A stretch of DNA of 57,306 nt from an uncultured Gammaproteobacteria bacterium (GCA_964517555.1 CAZFEF010000003.1:1-57306), one strand, 5' to 3'. Positions 1 through 10,082 are shown, counted from the first letter of the stretch. The notes: generated by a model not told the origin, from the letters alone. Program-made: numbers and translations.

Positions 1-8
1 CCCGTATG

Positions 9-37
9 AAAAAAGCTACCTTTCAGGGTAGCTTTTT
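9..37 (-). terminator. Intrinsic terminator hairpin overlapping the stop of ORF 16..486
   Basis: Stem AGCTACC/GGTAGCT flanked by an A-run and a T-run. On the minus strand it reads as a hairpin followed by a U-run. Confidence 0.5.
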
Positions 38-486
38 GAGTGCGGGGAGGAGGTCATTTCGGCTTCGCGACGATCGCTCCACATGGCGTAGATAAAGAGT
101 GCGGCCGTCCCGAAAACCATTAGTATTGGTATTAGCAATCCGATGGCTTCTTCGGTCGGGTTGGTGGGTGCAATTACTGCTCGGTTAACAGTGTCGGCTA
201 ACAGATAGCTAGCCACGGTGATTATACTATCGCCTCTTTGTTCTTGATGCCACAATCTTGGTCCTTTGACGATAACTTTTTGGCCCTGGTATTTAATTTC
301 TCTCGTCTGATTTTCATGGCGAAATTCGGTCAGGGTTTTTAATTTTTGGCCCGGTTTAGCCAAGTAGAGGTTTTTAACCAAGAAGACGGTATCACTTCCG
401 TCGATTGTTTGGTTTATTTCCTCGTTGATTTGGCTGAAGGCGGATAATCCGCAAAGCAGGAGAGCAATAGCTATTAAAGTTTTCAT
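16..486 (-). CDS. Hypothetical secreted / C-terminally anchored protein
   Basis: N-terminal signal-like segment MKTLIAIALLLCGLSAFSQ and a C-terminal hydrophobic helix GLLIPILMVFGTAALFIYAMW. No recognisable catalytic motif. Confidence 0.6.
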   Translation of the reverse strand: MKTLIAIALLLCGLSAFSQINEEINQTIDGSDTVFLVKNLYLAKPGQKLKTLTEFRHENQTREIKYQGQKVIVKGPRLWHQEQRGDSIITVASYLLADTVNRAVIAPTNPTEEAIGLLIPILMVFGTAALFIYAMWSDRREAEMTSSPHSKSYPER

Positions 487-555
487 GGGATGATTTTAGT
501 TAATGAACTGTATTTTAGATTATAACAATTTTATTTTTTTGTCAATTTAAAGGAT

Positions 556-584
556 TTGCTATTTTAAATCTTTTACGCTAAGAT
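556..584 (+). promoter_or_regulatory. Candidate sigma70-type promoter for mreB
   Basis: TTGCTA, 17-nt spacer, TAAGAT, about 25 nt upstream of the ATG at 610. Confidence 0.3.
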
Positions 585-609
585 ATAGGTGTTTATTATT
601 ATTTTTTCT

Positions 610-1623
610 ATGTTTATCAAGCGAATTGGCATTGACCTAGGCACCACTTATACTTTAGTTTACCTACCGAAAAGGGGAGTGGTGATTAATGAACCTTCAG
701 TAGTGGCGGTCTCAGTTGAGGATCGTAAGGTTTTGGCTGTGGGCAATGAAGCCAAGGATATGTTAGGCCGGACTCCGGATACTATTGTGGCTTTAAGGCC
801 GTTGAAGGATGGAGTAATTGCTGACTACAAGACCACTGAGGCCATGATTCGTTATTTTATTAATAAAACTTTAGGAGGTGTTCGTTTCTTTCGTCCGGAA
901 GTGATGGTGGCTGTACCGGCTGGTATTTCTTCTACTGAACGTCGAGCAGTCATTGAAGCTACTTTAGCCGCTGGGGCTAAGGCGGCTTATATTATTAAAG
1001 AACCGGTAGCGGCTGCTATCGGCGCCGATATTCCAATTAGCTCAGCCACCGGTCATATGATTATCGATATCGGTGGCGGCACAGCAGAAATGGCCGTGAT
1101 TTCTTTGGGCGGAGTTGTGGCTTCCACCTCGGTGAAAGTGGGCGGAAATCGTTTTGATGCCGCTATCTTGGAATATGTTCGCAAAAAACATAACTTGATT
1201 ATTGGCGAGAGAACAGCGGAAGAGATAAAGATCAAGGTTGGATCGGCGCTTTATTTACCGGAAGATGAGAAATTGAAAATGGAAATAAACGGTCGTGACG
1301 CTATCTCTGGTTTACCTCGCACTATGATTATCACTAGCGACGATGTCACTGCCGCCATTCAGAACGAATTGGAGGAGATATTAACTGCCACCAAGAGAAT
1401 TTTACAAAAGACTCCGCCGGAATTAGTGGCTGATATTATCGATAAAGGTATTGTGATTTCCGGTGGCAGCGCTTTATTGCGCAATATTGATCAATTATTT
1501 TCTCGAGCTATCGGCGTTTCCGCCTATATTGCCGATGATCCCTTGCTGTGCGTAGCTAAGGGAACCGGAATCGCTTTGGATAATTTGGACTCCTATAAAC
1601 GCAGCATCTTGGCGACTAAATAA
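610..1623 (+). CDS. mreB: Rod-shape-determining actin homolog MreB
   Basis: Actin-fold phosphate motifs GIDLGTTYTLVY and DIGGGTAEMAVISLGG, plus ISGGSALLRNID. The ORF track starts at GTG 589. ATG 610 (MFIKRIGIDLGT) fits the usual MreB N-terminus better. Confidence 0.93.
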   Translation: MFIKRIGIDLGTTYTLVYLPKRGVVINEPSVVAVSVEDRKVLAVGNEAKDMLGRTPDTIVALRPLKDGVIADYKTTEAMIRYFINKTLGGVRFFRPEVMVAVPAGISSTERRAVIEATLAAGAKAAYIIKEPVAAAIGADIPISSATGHMIIDIGGGTAEMAVISLGGVVASTSVKVGGNRFDAAILEYVRKKHNLIIGERTAEEIKIKVGSALYLPEDEKLKMEINGRDAISGLPRTMIITSDDVTAAIQNELEEILTATKRILQKTPPELVADIIDKGIVISGGSALLRNIDQLFSRAIGVSAYIADDPLLCVAKGTGIALDNLDSYKRSILATK

Positions 1624-1629
1624 AATAAT

Positions 1630-2853
1630 ATGACTATCGGGATCGACGCTTCGCGAGCTAATCGCGAATTTAAAACCGGTACAGAATGGTATTCTTACCA
1701 TGTCATTAATAATTTGGCTGAATTGGATCATCGTAATAACTATTTGCTCTATGGCCTTGATCCTTGGCGACCGGAATTAAAGCAAATTATTAAGGAACAT
1801 CGAAATGTTCGAGGGAAAATATTATTTTGGCCCTTTACTTATTTTTGGACCTTGGGACGCTTGAGCTGGGAAATGCTTTGGCGACGTCCCCGAATATTGT
1901 TTGTCCCGGCCCATACTTTGCCATTGATTCATCCTCGTCGAAGTATAGTAACTATCCATGACATTGCCTTCAAAAAAGAGAAACAAGTCTATGAAGAGCA
2001 GTTTGTAGAGCGAGGTGGTCGCCCTCTTAAGCGAGCGATAATTTTCTTGCTTAAACATTTTTCTTTTCTAATTGGCTCGGGATTTAAATATGAACCCACT
2101 ACATACCTAGATTGGTCTACTAAGTTTGCCTTGCGTCACGCCAAGAAAATAATTACCGTTTCCCAGTTTACTAAGAATGAATTGATCAACGCTTATCGTG
2201 TGACGCCGGAAAAGATTACAGTGGTGCATAATGGCTATGATCATAACTATTACCGGGTCATCAAGGATCAGGAGAAAGCTATTCAAGTCGCCAATGGTTA
2301 TGGCTTAGATTTTCCATATCTTTTATATGTCGGTCGTTTGGAAAAAAAGAAAAATATTCCTTTCTTGGTAGAGGCCTTCGCTTTGCTCAAAGAAAGACAT
2401 CCTGAGATTAAGGAGAAATTAGTGTTGATCGGCCAGGCTAGTTTCGGTTATGATGAAATCAAATATATTATCGAAGAATATGACTTGGACCAGGAAGTGG
2501 TAATGCCGGGATGGATTAGTGAAGCCGATTTGCCTTATTTATATAACCGCGCTCAGGCTTTTGTTTTTCCTTCACGTCATGAAGGATTTGGAATTCCGGT
2601 TATTCAAGCCTTGGCTTGTGGTTTGCCCACCGCTGTTTCTGATTTGCCGGTAATGCGCGAAGTGGCCGGCGAGGCGGTAATTTATTTTGACAAGGATAAT
2701 AAAGAAGAAATGGCTGAAAAATTGTTTCAACTATTATCTGATCAAGAATTACGGGATAAGCTACGTCTGGCAGGGCTGGAACAGGCCCAGCAATTTAGCT
2801 GGGAAAAATGTGCCGCTGAAACTTTAAAAGTATTGCAGACTGTGATAGAATAA
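1630..2853 (+). CDS. Glycosyltransferase, GT4 (GT-B fold) family
   Basis: C-terminal motif SRHEGFGIPVIQALACGLPTAVSD (E-x7-E region) typical of GT4/GT1 retaining transferases. Confidence 0.85.
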   Translation: MTIGIDASRANREFKTGTEWYSYHVINNLAELDHRNNYLLYGLDPWRPELKQIIKEHRNVRGKILFWPFTYFWTLGRLSWEMLWRRPRILFVPAHTLPLIHPRRSIVTIHDIAFKKEKQVYEEQFVERGGRPLKRAIIFLLKHFSFLIGSGFKYEPTTYLDWSTKFALRHAKKIITVSQFTKNELINAYRVTPEKITVVHNGYDHNYYRVIKDQEKAIQVANGYGLDFPYLLYVGRLEKKKNIPFLVEAFALLKERHPEIKEKLVLIGQASFGYDEIKYIIEEYDLDQEVVMPGWISEADLPYLYNRAQAFVFPSRHEGFGIPVIQALACGLPTAVSDLPVMREVAGEAVIYFDKDNKEEMAEKLFQLLSDQELRDKLRLAGLEQAQQFSWEKCAAETLKVLQTVIE

Positions 2854-2859
2854 CTAATT

Positions 2860-4932
2860 ATGAAACAGATTTTTATCCTCATATTTTCTATTTTTTTATT
2901 TTTGCCGCTAGTCTCAGTGCAAGCGGCCTTTTTTCCTAATGATACTTATTATCGCCAGCAATGGTACTTAGAGAAAATTAAGGCTTATGAAGCCTGGGAC
3001 AAGGTTAATTCCAGCCCCAGTGCTGTTATCGCGGTCATTGACTCGGGCATCCAGATCAATCATCCGGAACTACGGAGCAATATTTGGGTTAACACTCGAG
3101 AAATACCAGGCAACAATATTGATGATGATCATAACGGTTTTATTGATGATTTAAACGGTTGGGACTTTGTGGCCAACGTTCCTGATCCAAATCCTAAGTT
3201 TGGAGAAAAGTATACTGATTCTGGAATTTCTCATGGTACCATGATCGCTGGTATTATCGCCGCTAATGGCAATAATAGTTATGGCGTCGCTGGTATTACC
3301 TGGAGGGCCCAAATTATGGCTTTACGAGTGTTAAGCGATTCTGGCGAGGGGAGAATGGCGGATGTTATCAAGGCTATTGATTATGCTGTCAATAATGGTG
3401 CCGATATCATTAATCTTAGTTTTTCTAGTCCTAGCTATAGTGAGGCGCTGAAAGAAGCTTTAGAGAGAGCTTATCGGGCCGGAGTTATTGTTGTGGCCGC
3501 TTCTGGCAACGAACAACCCGGTGGCCAAGGCTACAATTTAAATCGCAACCCACTTTATCCCGTTTGTTATCAGGGTGATAATGGCGAAAATTTAGTAATC
3601 GGCGTGGGGGCCACTGATACTTTAGACGCTAAGCCGACCTTTGCCAGTTACGGAGCTCAATGTATTGATATCTCCGCTCCGGGTGTTAGCTTTTTTAATA
3701 TCGTGACTTATAATCCGGCGGCTTACCAGGGTCAATTTGATAAATATTTTGACGGTTATTGGTCTGGTACTTCTATGGCGGCGCCTTTAGTTTCTGGAAC
3801 CTTAGCTCTAATTCGAGAAGTTAATCCTAACTTAAGCCGTGATGAGATTATAAACATCTTATTACGCAGTGCTGATAATATTAATGTTTTTAATCCAGAA
3901 TATATTGGCCAGACTGGCACTGGTCGTTTAAACGTTGGTGCCGCTATCAGGTGGGCTACGGAAAGATTGGGCGACCAAGCCGGATCGATCATTGTCTCAC
4001 CTTATTGGTCTCGTTTCAGTTCTTACTCCTATCGTTTTGATAGCCATTTGAATAAAATAGATTGGCGCTTAGATGATGGTCAGATCGAGAAAGAAATTAA
4101 TTGGGGTGATAAATCTCGGACTGGAGTTAATTTGACTACTGGAGATTTGACTGGTGACGGCCAGAGCGAAATTATTTTAGGATCTGGTTACAGCGCTGAG
4201 CCGTATGTAACTGTTTTGGACCAAAGCGGAAAAGTTTTAACTAAATTTTTGGCTTATAGCCGCACTATGCGCGGTGGTATTAATGCCGCGGTGGGCGATG
4301 TTAACGGCGATGGGAAGCTAGAGATTATTACCGCCCCTAATTATGCCGCCTATCCGCAGGTTAAAGTCTTTAATTCTCGCGGTCAATTGTTAAAAGATTT
4401 TTTGGCTTATGATCGGCGTTTCACCGGCGGAGTTAATGTGGCCAGTGGCGATGTTAATGGTGATGGCCTAGACGAAATAGTTACCGCTCCCAGTTCTTCT
4501 GGCGGTCCACATATTCGAGTTTTTGATTATCAGGGGCGAGTCTTGAACCAATTTATGGCCTATGACAAAAATTTTCGCGGAGGGGTCAATGTAATAGTGA
4601 GCAATATTGATGGTCGCTTGGAGCGGAGTCGGGCCGAGATTATCGTTGCGCCCCTTAAAGATAGCGAACCTCGAGTTAAAGTTTTTTCCAATGACGGGCG
4701 CTTGAAATTAAATTTTCTGGCTTATGACGCTAAATTCCGCAATGGAGTTAGTTTGGCTAGCGGTGATATTGACGCTGACGGCCAGGTAGATATCATAACC
4801 GGCGCTGGTCCGGGCGGATCTCCTCATGTCAGGGCTTGGAGCAATCGGGGCGAGCTTTTGAGTTCGTTTTATGCTTATCCGGAAAACTTTGACAAAGGGG
4901 TCAATGTTGGCTTTATCTTATCAGCCAAATAG
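2860..4932 (+). CDS. Secreted subtilisin-like serine protease (S8) fused to a C-terminal FG-GAP/VCBS repeat beta-propeller
   Basis: Signal peptide. Catalytic triad contexts AVIDSGI (Asp), HGTMIAGIIAA (His) and GTSMAAPLVSG (Ser). About 5-6 repeats of F-AYD--FRGGVNVA-GDVNGDG--EI-TAP follow. Confidence 0.88.
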   Translation: MKQIFILIFSIFLFLPLVSVQAAFFPNDTYYRQQWYLEKIKAYEAWDKVNSSPSAVIAVIDSGIQINHPELRSNIWVNTREIPGNNIDDDHNGFIDDLNGWDFVANVPDPNPKFGEKYTDSGISHGTMIAGIIAANGNNSYGVAGITWRAQIMALRVLSDSGEGRMADVIKAIDYAVNNGADIINLSFSSPSYSEALKEALERAYRAGVIVVAASGNEQPGGQGYNLNRNPLYPVCYQGDNGENLVIGVGATDTLDAKPTFASYGAQCIDISAPGVSFFNIVTYNPAAYQGQFDKYFDGYWSGTSMAAPLVSGTLALIREVNPNLSRDEIINILLRSADNINVFNPEYIGQTGTGRLNVGAAIRWATERLGDQAGSIIVSPYWSRFSSYSYRFDSHLNKIDWRLDDGQIEKEINWGDKSRTGVNLTTGDLTGDGQSEIILGSGYSAEPYVTVLDQSGKVLTKFLAYSRTMRGGINAAVGDVNGDGKLEIITAPNYAAYPQVKVFNSRGQLLKDFLAYDRRFTGGVNVASGDVNGDGLDEIVTAPSSSGGPHIRVFDYQGRVLNQFMAYDKNFRGGVNVIVSNIDGRLERSRAEIIVAPLKDSEPRVKVFSNDGRLKLNFLAYDAKFRNGVSLASGDIDADGQVDIITGAGPGGSPHVRAWSNRGELLSSFYAYPENFDKGVNVGFILSAK
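4123..4915 (+). repeat. In-frame tandem FG-GAP-type repeat units (about 60 aa / 180 nt period) inside the S8 protease gene
   Basis: Recurring GDVNGDG / GDLTGDG / GDIDADG calcium-loop-like motifs, each followed by EII(T/V)AP and VKVF segments. Confidence 0.8.
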
Positions 4933-4969
4933 GGTATAATTAGCTTAGTTATTATTTTTATCAATCTAT

Positions 4970-5986
4970 ATGCCTCAAGTAATTTTTGACAAAAAAAACA
5001 TATTGATTATCGGTGGTGCCGGATTCATCGGCTCGCATTTATGTGAAGAATTGGTCAAGGAGGCCAAGATTATTTGTGTAGATAATTTTAGCAGCAGCTC
5101 AGAGTCAAATATTGAGCATTTATTGCCTAATCCTGATTTTGTTTTTATAAACCATGATATTTCCTTGCCGCTTGATTTAGAATCGAGACCGGAATTAAAA
5201 AAATTTAAAGTTGCCTTTCAGGGGATTCAGGAGATTTATTATCTAGCTTGTCCGACCTCGCCCAAGCACTTTATTGAAAATCGTTTAGGAATGCTACTGT
5301 CCAATTCGCTGGGAATAAAGAATGCTTTGGATTTAGCCTTAAAATATCAATCCAAACTTTTACATTTTTCCTCCTCAGTGGTTTACGGTCCCAGGCCCTT
5401 GGGTACCAGTATCAAGATTAAGGAAGATTTCCAGGGAATCGTCAATCATTTGTCCGATCGCAGCGCCTATGATGAAGGCAAGCGTTTTGCGGAGACGATG
5501 GTCAAAAATTATCGCGATATTTATAATTTAGACACTAAAATTATTCGCGTCTTTAGAACCTACGGTCCGCGAATGAACTTGCATGATGATCAGATGTTGC
5601 CGGATTTTATTCTTAGCGCCATGAATAATGAAAACTTGGTTATTTTCGGTGATGAGAATTTTTCCTCTTCATTCTGTTATGTAACCGATATTGTTGATGC
5701 GGCTATCAAGATGATGTCTTCCAATTTTTCCGGTCCGATTAATGTCGGTTCTGATGAAGACGTAAAACTATCTTCCATTGCTCAAATGATAGTTACCGAA
5801 CTGGGATCTAGCTCCTCGATAATTTACAGCGAAAAGAAAATGTTTATGAGCGAATTACCATTACCGGATATTACCATTGCCAAGAATGAGTTAAGTTGGA
5901 TGCCAGTGGTCACTCTTAGTAACGGCTTAAAGAAAACTATTTTTGACTTGCAGGCCAAAAAACAACTAAAAGGTTTTTCTTCTTAA
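4970..5986 (+). CDS. NAD-dependent epimerase/dehydratase, UDP-glucuronate decarboxylase (UXS)-like
   Basis: Rossmann motif IIGGAGFIGSHL and SDR catalytic YDEGKRFAE (YxxxK), characteristic of UDP-xylose synthase-like enzymes. Confidence 0.82.
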   Translation: MPQVIFDKKNILIIGGAGFIGSHLCEELVKEAKIICVDNFSSSSESNIEHLLPNPDFVFINHDISLPLDLESRPELKKFKVAFQGIQEIYYLACPTSPKHFIENRLGMLLSNSLGIKNALDLALKYQSKLLHFSSSVVYGPRPLGTSIKIKEDFQGIVNHLSDRSAYDEGKRFAETMVKNYRDIYNLDTKIIRVFRTYGPRMNLHDDQMLPDFILSAMNNENLVIFGDENFSSSFCYVTDIVDAAIKMMSSNFSGPINVGSDEDVKLSSIAQMIVTELGSSSSIIYSEKKMFMSELPLPDITIAKNELSWMPVVTLSNGLKKTIFDLQAKKQLKGFSS

Positions 5987-7083
5987 TTATTATTTATCAC
6001 TTCGATTATTCGGGCGGTGTAGCTAGCTACTTCGCCCTTTTTGATATAGAGAGGGTTTTTGAGATGATTGTTTATGGCCGCTATCAATTCGGTTTCGTTT
6101 TGCGGCTCGAAAGTGGTCCCGCCAAGACGGGTGATTAATTCGGGAATACCACCAATATGACTAGCGATAGTCGGAGTGCCCTGAGAGGCGGCTTCGATGA
6201 TAACATTAGGTGAGTTTTCATAAGTCAGGGAGGGTAGAATGAGGGCGCTGCTTTCAGCCAATAAACTAAATATTTTATTACTTTCAAGCCGCCCCAGGAA
6301 TCTTATATTTTCTCTCTTGGTATTTTCTTTCAGATTGTCTAATTGTGTTCCGTCGCCGACGATGTTTAACTTCAAGTTTTTAGGTAATTTCTTCCAAAGG
6401 GCTACTAGCCAAGGAATACCTTTAGATTTTTCTATTTGGCCAATAGTGATAAATTGGTTCGGATCGCGTTTGGTTTTTTGGTGCTCAGCGATCATCACTG
6501 GGTTTAATCCAACATATGTCTCTGATTTGGGAAAGAATAAACGTTTTTGATGAAGTTCTAGCAACCATTTCGAGGGAGAAATAACTAGATCTGGTGATCC
6601 CATTAATTTTCTGGTTTGCTTCTGATAATAGCGGGCCATGATTGAATCTAGTTTTTTTTCTTCTTTCCAGAGAATAATGCCCGAGGGGTGGAGCAGTTGC
6701 AAATCGTGGAGAATATGGATATGTCGTAATTTGTTCTTTTTTATCAGGCGGGGGATTAATAGTCCTAAGCCCATTAAATTATTAGTGATGACCATCTCTG
6801 GTTTTTCAGTTTGCCAGATTTTTTTGGTTTGGTGATAGCGACGATAGTCATATAAGTTGTTCGTCTGCCAGAGGCAACGATAGAGCCAGTTTTTTTCTTT
6901 TAGTTTTGAATAATTGGATTTTAAGTAATAGTTATTATGGGAACGATATGATTTGGCGGCCGTAGAGATGGTAAAAACTTGGTGTCCTGCTTGGGTTAAT
7001 TCCCGACTCAAATTAGCGGCTATTTTTTCAGCGCCGCCACGTTCATGGGGATAGTAAAGGTTGTTGAGGATGGCAATTTTCAT
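5983..7083 (-). CDS. Glycosyltransferase, GT4 family
   Basis: YENSPNVIIEAASQGTPTIASHIGGIPELI, a GT-B C-terminal nucleotide-sugar binding motif. N-terminal ERGGAEK motif. Confidence 0.85.
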   Translation of the reverse strand: MKIAILNNLYYPHERGGAEKIAANLSRELTQAGHQVFTISTAAKSYRSHNNYYLKSNYSKLKEKNWLYRCLWQTNNLYDYRRYHQTKKIWQTEKPEMVITNNLMGLGLLIPRLIKKNKLRHIHILHDLQLLHPSGIILWKEEKKLDSIMARYYQKQTRKLMGSPDLVISPSKWLLELHQKRLFFPKSETYVGLNPVMIAEHQKTKRDPNQFITIGQIEKSKGIPWLVALWKKLPKNLKLNIVGDGTQLDNLKENTKRENIRFLGRLESNKIFSLLAESSALILPSLTYENSPNVIIEAASQGTPTIASHIGGIPELITRLGGTTFEPQNETELIAAINNHLKNPLYIKKGEVASYTARIIEVINNN

Positions 7084-7113
7084 TTTTGTCCCTTTTTGGT
7101 TATAATGGAAGAT

Positions 7114-8961
7114 ATGAAGTCTTTATTCCAATATCTAAGAAATGATTATCATCTGGTCTTGACCCTGCTTTTGGGTTTAGTGTCTTTTTGGGGAGCTATC
7201 GTCTATTTACTTTATCAGCTTAATAGTTTGGGTGTGTTTTTGGCTTTAATTTTGGTGCTTTTATCAGGCTTTTTTATTATACGTTATTTGCGCTTGGCTA
7301 GGCAAGAGAAGAATATTTCCGAGCCAAAACGCTTTTACCCCTGGCTGACCATCGGCTATATTTCGGTGGCGGTTATATTTTTAATTCTAGTGATTGAGAG
7401 TCGAACCGGGAGGAGCCTGGTTTCGCCCTTTGAAGTTTTGCCAATTTATTCTTTGGGTTTATATTTAGTGTTGACTCTGGTAGCTATAATTTTAGTTTAT
7501 CGTGGTGCTAGATATAGTACTTTAGTATTAATCGGTCATTTTCTTTTATCTTTTTCCGTTTTGCCTTTGGTTTATAGCGCCGGCTATGGCTATGATCCGT
7601 TTTTGCATCGGGCGGCCCTGAAAGCGATTGATGTTGGCGGGGTAATATATCCCAAAACTTTTTATTATTCCGGCCAATATAGTTTAGAGGTAATCATTCA
7701 TCGCTTGAGCGCGATTGATTGGCGCTGGATTGATAATTTTCTAGTTCCAGTCTTGGCTGCTTTTTTCTTACCCTTAGTTTCTTTAAAAGTCGGGCAGGGC
7801 AGGGGGAAATATTTTGCCGTACTGTTGCTTTTATTGTGGCCTTTTTCTTTTTTAACTTACACTGTCCCTCAGAATTTGGCTTATTTATTTTTACTCTTAG
7901 TTATTTTGCTATCTCTCGAGCGCCGGAAAGGAAATTTGCCGGGCGGCAATTTATTAGTCATGTTGATTTTGTCCTTGGCGGCAGTCTTGACCCAGCCCTT
8001 AGCGGGTTTACCGGCCCTGTTTCTAACCTTAGCTTTATTCCTAGGAATTAAATATCGCTTCGCTTATTGGGGGCTCTGGGTGCAGGCTGTTTTTTGGCCG
8101 TTATTTTTTTGGCTATTTCTGCCGACAAAATTAGCCTGGCCTCATTTGAGTTCTGGCCGTTGGCTAGAAAATGTTGGTAGTTGGTGGGAAAATATTATCT
8201 ATTCCTGGGAAGATATTCGTTGGCTGGTTTTATTAGCTGTGGCTTTGTTTTCTTTTTGGTTGGCTAATAAAAGAAAGCATTTATATCCTTATGTTTTTTC
8301 GGCCAGTAGTTTATTTCTAGCTTATGGCCTTTGTCTGTTTTGGCCTTCTGATAATTTGGCTTTAACCGAAAAATATGATTATGCCAACCGTCTTTTAACC
8401 GCCGGAGCATTGTTCTTGTTGCCGCTGTTATTGGCTGGCGGTGAGTTTATCGGGGAAAGGTTGGGTCGAGAGAAGCTTCCTGGCCGAATGATAATTATTT
8501 TTTTCTTGGGGGTTTTTATAACCGCCTCGTTCTATCTGGCTTATCCGCGTCAAGACGCTCATTTTTCCGCTAAGGGCTATTCGGTCTCGGCTAGCGACTT
8601 ACGGGCAGTGGATTATGTTGATTCAGTCGGCGGTGATCGTAATTATATCGTTTTAGCTAATCAACAAGTGGGGGCCGCCGCTATTTCCAGTTTTGGGTTT
8701 AAGCGTTATTTTGGACCGTATTTTTATTACTCCACTCAAAGTGGCGGTGAATTACAAGAATATTTTACTACTTTAATGGCTGACCCTCGTCGTGAAACGG
8801 TTATTGGCGCCATGGATTTAGTCGGAGTGAATGAGGTCTATGTAGTGGTGAATAATTATTGGTGGGATTTTGAACGGGTGGTGCGATTGATGAAATTTAT
8901 TTCCGATGATTGGCAAAAAATTGATAATGGTGAGGTTTTTGTATTTTGGTTTAAGCGTTAG
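7114..8961 (+). CDS. Large polytopic membrane protein with a C-terminal soluble domain (possible GT-C-type glycosyltransferase or polymerase)
   Basis: More than 12 predicted hydrophobic helices, then a roughly 150-aa non-hydrophobic tail. It sits among glycosyltransferase genes. The ORF track starts at 7045, inside the divergent GT4 gene. ATG 7105 or 7114 is more plausible because a TATAAT box sits at 7101-7106. Confidence 0.6.
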   Translation: MKSLFQYLRNDYHLVLTLLLGLVSFWGAIVYLLYQLNSLGVFLALILVLLSGFFIIRYLRLARQEKNISEPKRFYPWLTIGYISVAVIFLILVIESRTGRSLVSPFEVLPIYSLGLYLVLTLVAIILVYRGARYSTLVLIGHFLLSFSVLPLVYSAGYGYDPFLHRAALKAIDVGGVIYPKTFYYSGQYSLEVIIHRLSAIDWRWIDNFLVPVLAAFFLPLVSLKVGQGRGKYFAVLLLLLWPFSFLTYTVPQNLAYLFLLLVILLSLERRKGNLPGGNLLVMLILSLAAVLTQPLAGLPALFLTLALFLGIKYRFAYWGLWVQAVFWPLFFWLFLPTKLAWPHLSSGRWLENVGSWWENIIYSWEDIRWLVLLAVALFSFWLANKRKHLYPYVFSASSLFLAYGLCLFWPSDNLALTEKYDYANRLLTAGALFLLPLLLAGGEFIGERLGREKLPGRMIIIFFLGVFITASFYLAYPRQDAHFSAKGYSVSASDLRAVDYVDSVGGDRNYIVLANQQVGAAAISSFGFKRYFGPYFYYSTQSGGELQEYFTTLMADPRRETVIGAMDLVGVNEVYVVVNNYWWDFERVVRLMKFISDDWQKIDNGEVFVFWFKR

Positions 8962-8972
8962 GATGGTTAACT

Positions 8973-8999
8973 AAAAAAGAGGCGCTCTAGGCCTCTTTT
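8973..8999. terminator. Bidirectional intrinsic terminator between convergent genes
   Basis: A-run, stem AGAGGC/GCCTCT, T-run. Overlaps the 3' end of the minus-strand GT4 gene. Confidence 0.6.
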
Positions 9000-10078
9000 A
9001 TCATATCTTGAATTTTTCTCTTTATACTCTCTGTGCTATATTTAGTTTCAGCTAATTGTCTGGCGGCTAGTTGATAGTGATGGAGTTTTTCCGGATTGGC
9101 AAATATTTCTTCTATTTTTCTAGTCAAATCAGCAATGTCGTTTGGCCTGACCTTTAAGCCTTCTTGTTCATCGGTAAAGACACTACGAACGCCGGGTAGG
9201 TCAGAGGCGATTACTGCTAAACCGCAGGCCATAGCTTCAATTAAGACGATGCCGAAAGCTTCATGGCGGTTGATAGAGGGCAAGATTAATACGTCGTGGT
9301 CTTGATAGGCGGCGACTAATTTTTGATCGTCTAGTTTCCCCAAAAAATTGACCCGCTTTTCTATACCTAGTTCTTGTGTTAGATGTTGATAATGTTTTTC
9401 CAGATTACCACTACCGGCAATGCTTAATTGCCAATTGTTTAACTGACTCTTGGCTAAGGCTTGAAGCAAATTGTCGACTCCTTTGAAGTAATGGGCTTGG
9501 TCTAGGCCGCCGACAAAGATAATTTTCTTTTTTTCCTGATGATCGATTTTTTTGGGGAAAAACTTTTGGGTATCAACAGCAAAGGGTATGGCCACAAATT
9601 TAGTTTGGTTTTTTTGGTAATACTTCTTCCAGGGACCGGTGGCGATATAGTCTAGACTAGAGACAACAATTTTTTCGGCGCGGTCAAAGAGCCAGCGGCT
9701 GGTAATTTTTTCTGGCCAGGAAAGTATTCTTTTCCAGCCTTTTAAATCGGTAGTGTCCATGTGGTATTGGACGATCAATCTAGGGCGATTGTGGCGAACA
9801 AGAGCTAGCCACAGAAGTAGGCCAACGCCGAAGAAGGGATAATGGAAATAAATCAAATCGTAGGCTTTGATTTTAGCCCAGAGATTTTTAGGCAAGGCGC
9901 CATGCCCCAGACGAATTAGGGGATTTAGATAGGTAACGCCATCAAGCGAGGGTGGGGTTATCCCGGGAGGGGCCAGGGTAATGGTCGGCCAATTAAAATA
10001 GCGCCGCAAATTAGCGGCACTAGTACCGATACCGCCGGCATATGGAGGATAGGCGCAGACTAATTGAATAATTTTCAT
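8987..10078 (-). CDS. Glycosyltransferase, GT4 family
   Basis: NRHEAFGIVLIEAMACGLAVIASDLPGVRSV motif. N-terminal YPPYAGGIG motif. Confidence 0.87.
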   Translation of the reverse strand: MKIIQLVCAYPPYAGGIGTSAANLRRYFNWPTITLAPPGITPPSLDGVTYLNPLIRLGHGALPKNLWAKIKAYDLIYFHYPFFGVGLLLWLALVRHNRPRLIVQYHMDTTDLKGWKRILSWPEKITSRWLFDRAEKIVVSSLDYIATGPWKKYYQKNQTKFVAIPFAVDTQKFFPKKIDHQEKKKIIFVGGLDQAHYFKGVDNLLQALAKSQLNNWQLSIAGSGNLEKHYQHLTQELGIEKRVNFLGKLDDQKLVAAYQDHDVLILPSINRHEAFGIVLIEAMACGLAVIASDLPGVRSVFTDEQEGLKVRPNDIADLTRKIEEIFANPEKLHHYQLAARQLAETKYSTESIKRKIQDMIKEA

Positions 10079-10082
10079 ATAA

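Noticed and set aside
4123-4915. Periodic roughly 180-nt DNA repeats as a possible CRISPR or satellite array
   Set aside because: The repeats are in frame, divergent at the DNA level and encode FG-GAP blades. There is no spacer/repeat architecture.
5983-5986. Four-base TTAA overlap of convergent stop codons
   Set aside because: This is trivial tail-to-tail packing of two genes, and no additional signal is present.
7045-7113. N-terminal extensions proposed by the ORF track (also 40212-40277 for rplE, 42360-42404 for rpsE, 51251-51298 for scpB, 19154-19189 for infA, 26738-26773 for M50 and 45101-45118 for map)
   Set aside because: The extensions overlap the preceding gene, a promoter box or a leader hairpin, and they add non-homologous residues. 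Downstream in-frame ATGs reproduce the canonical N-termini.
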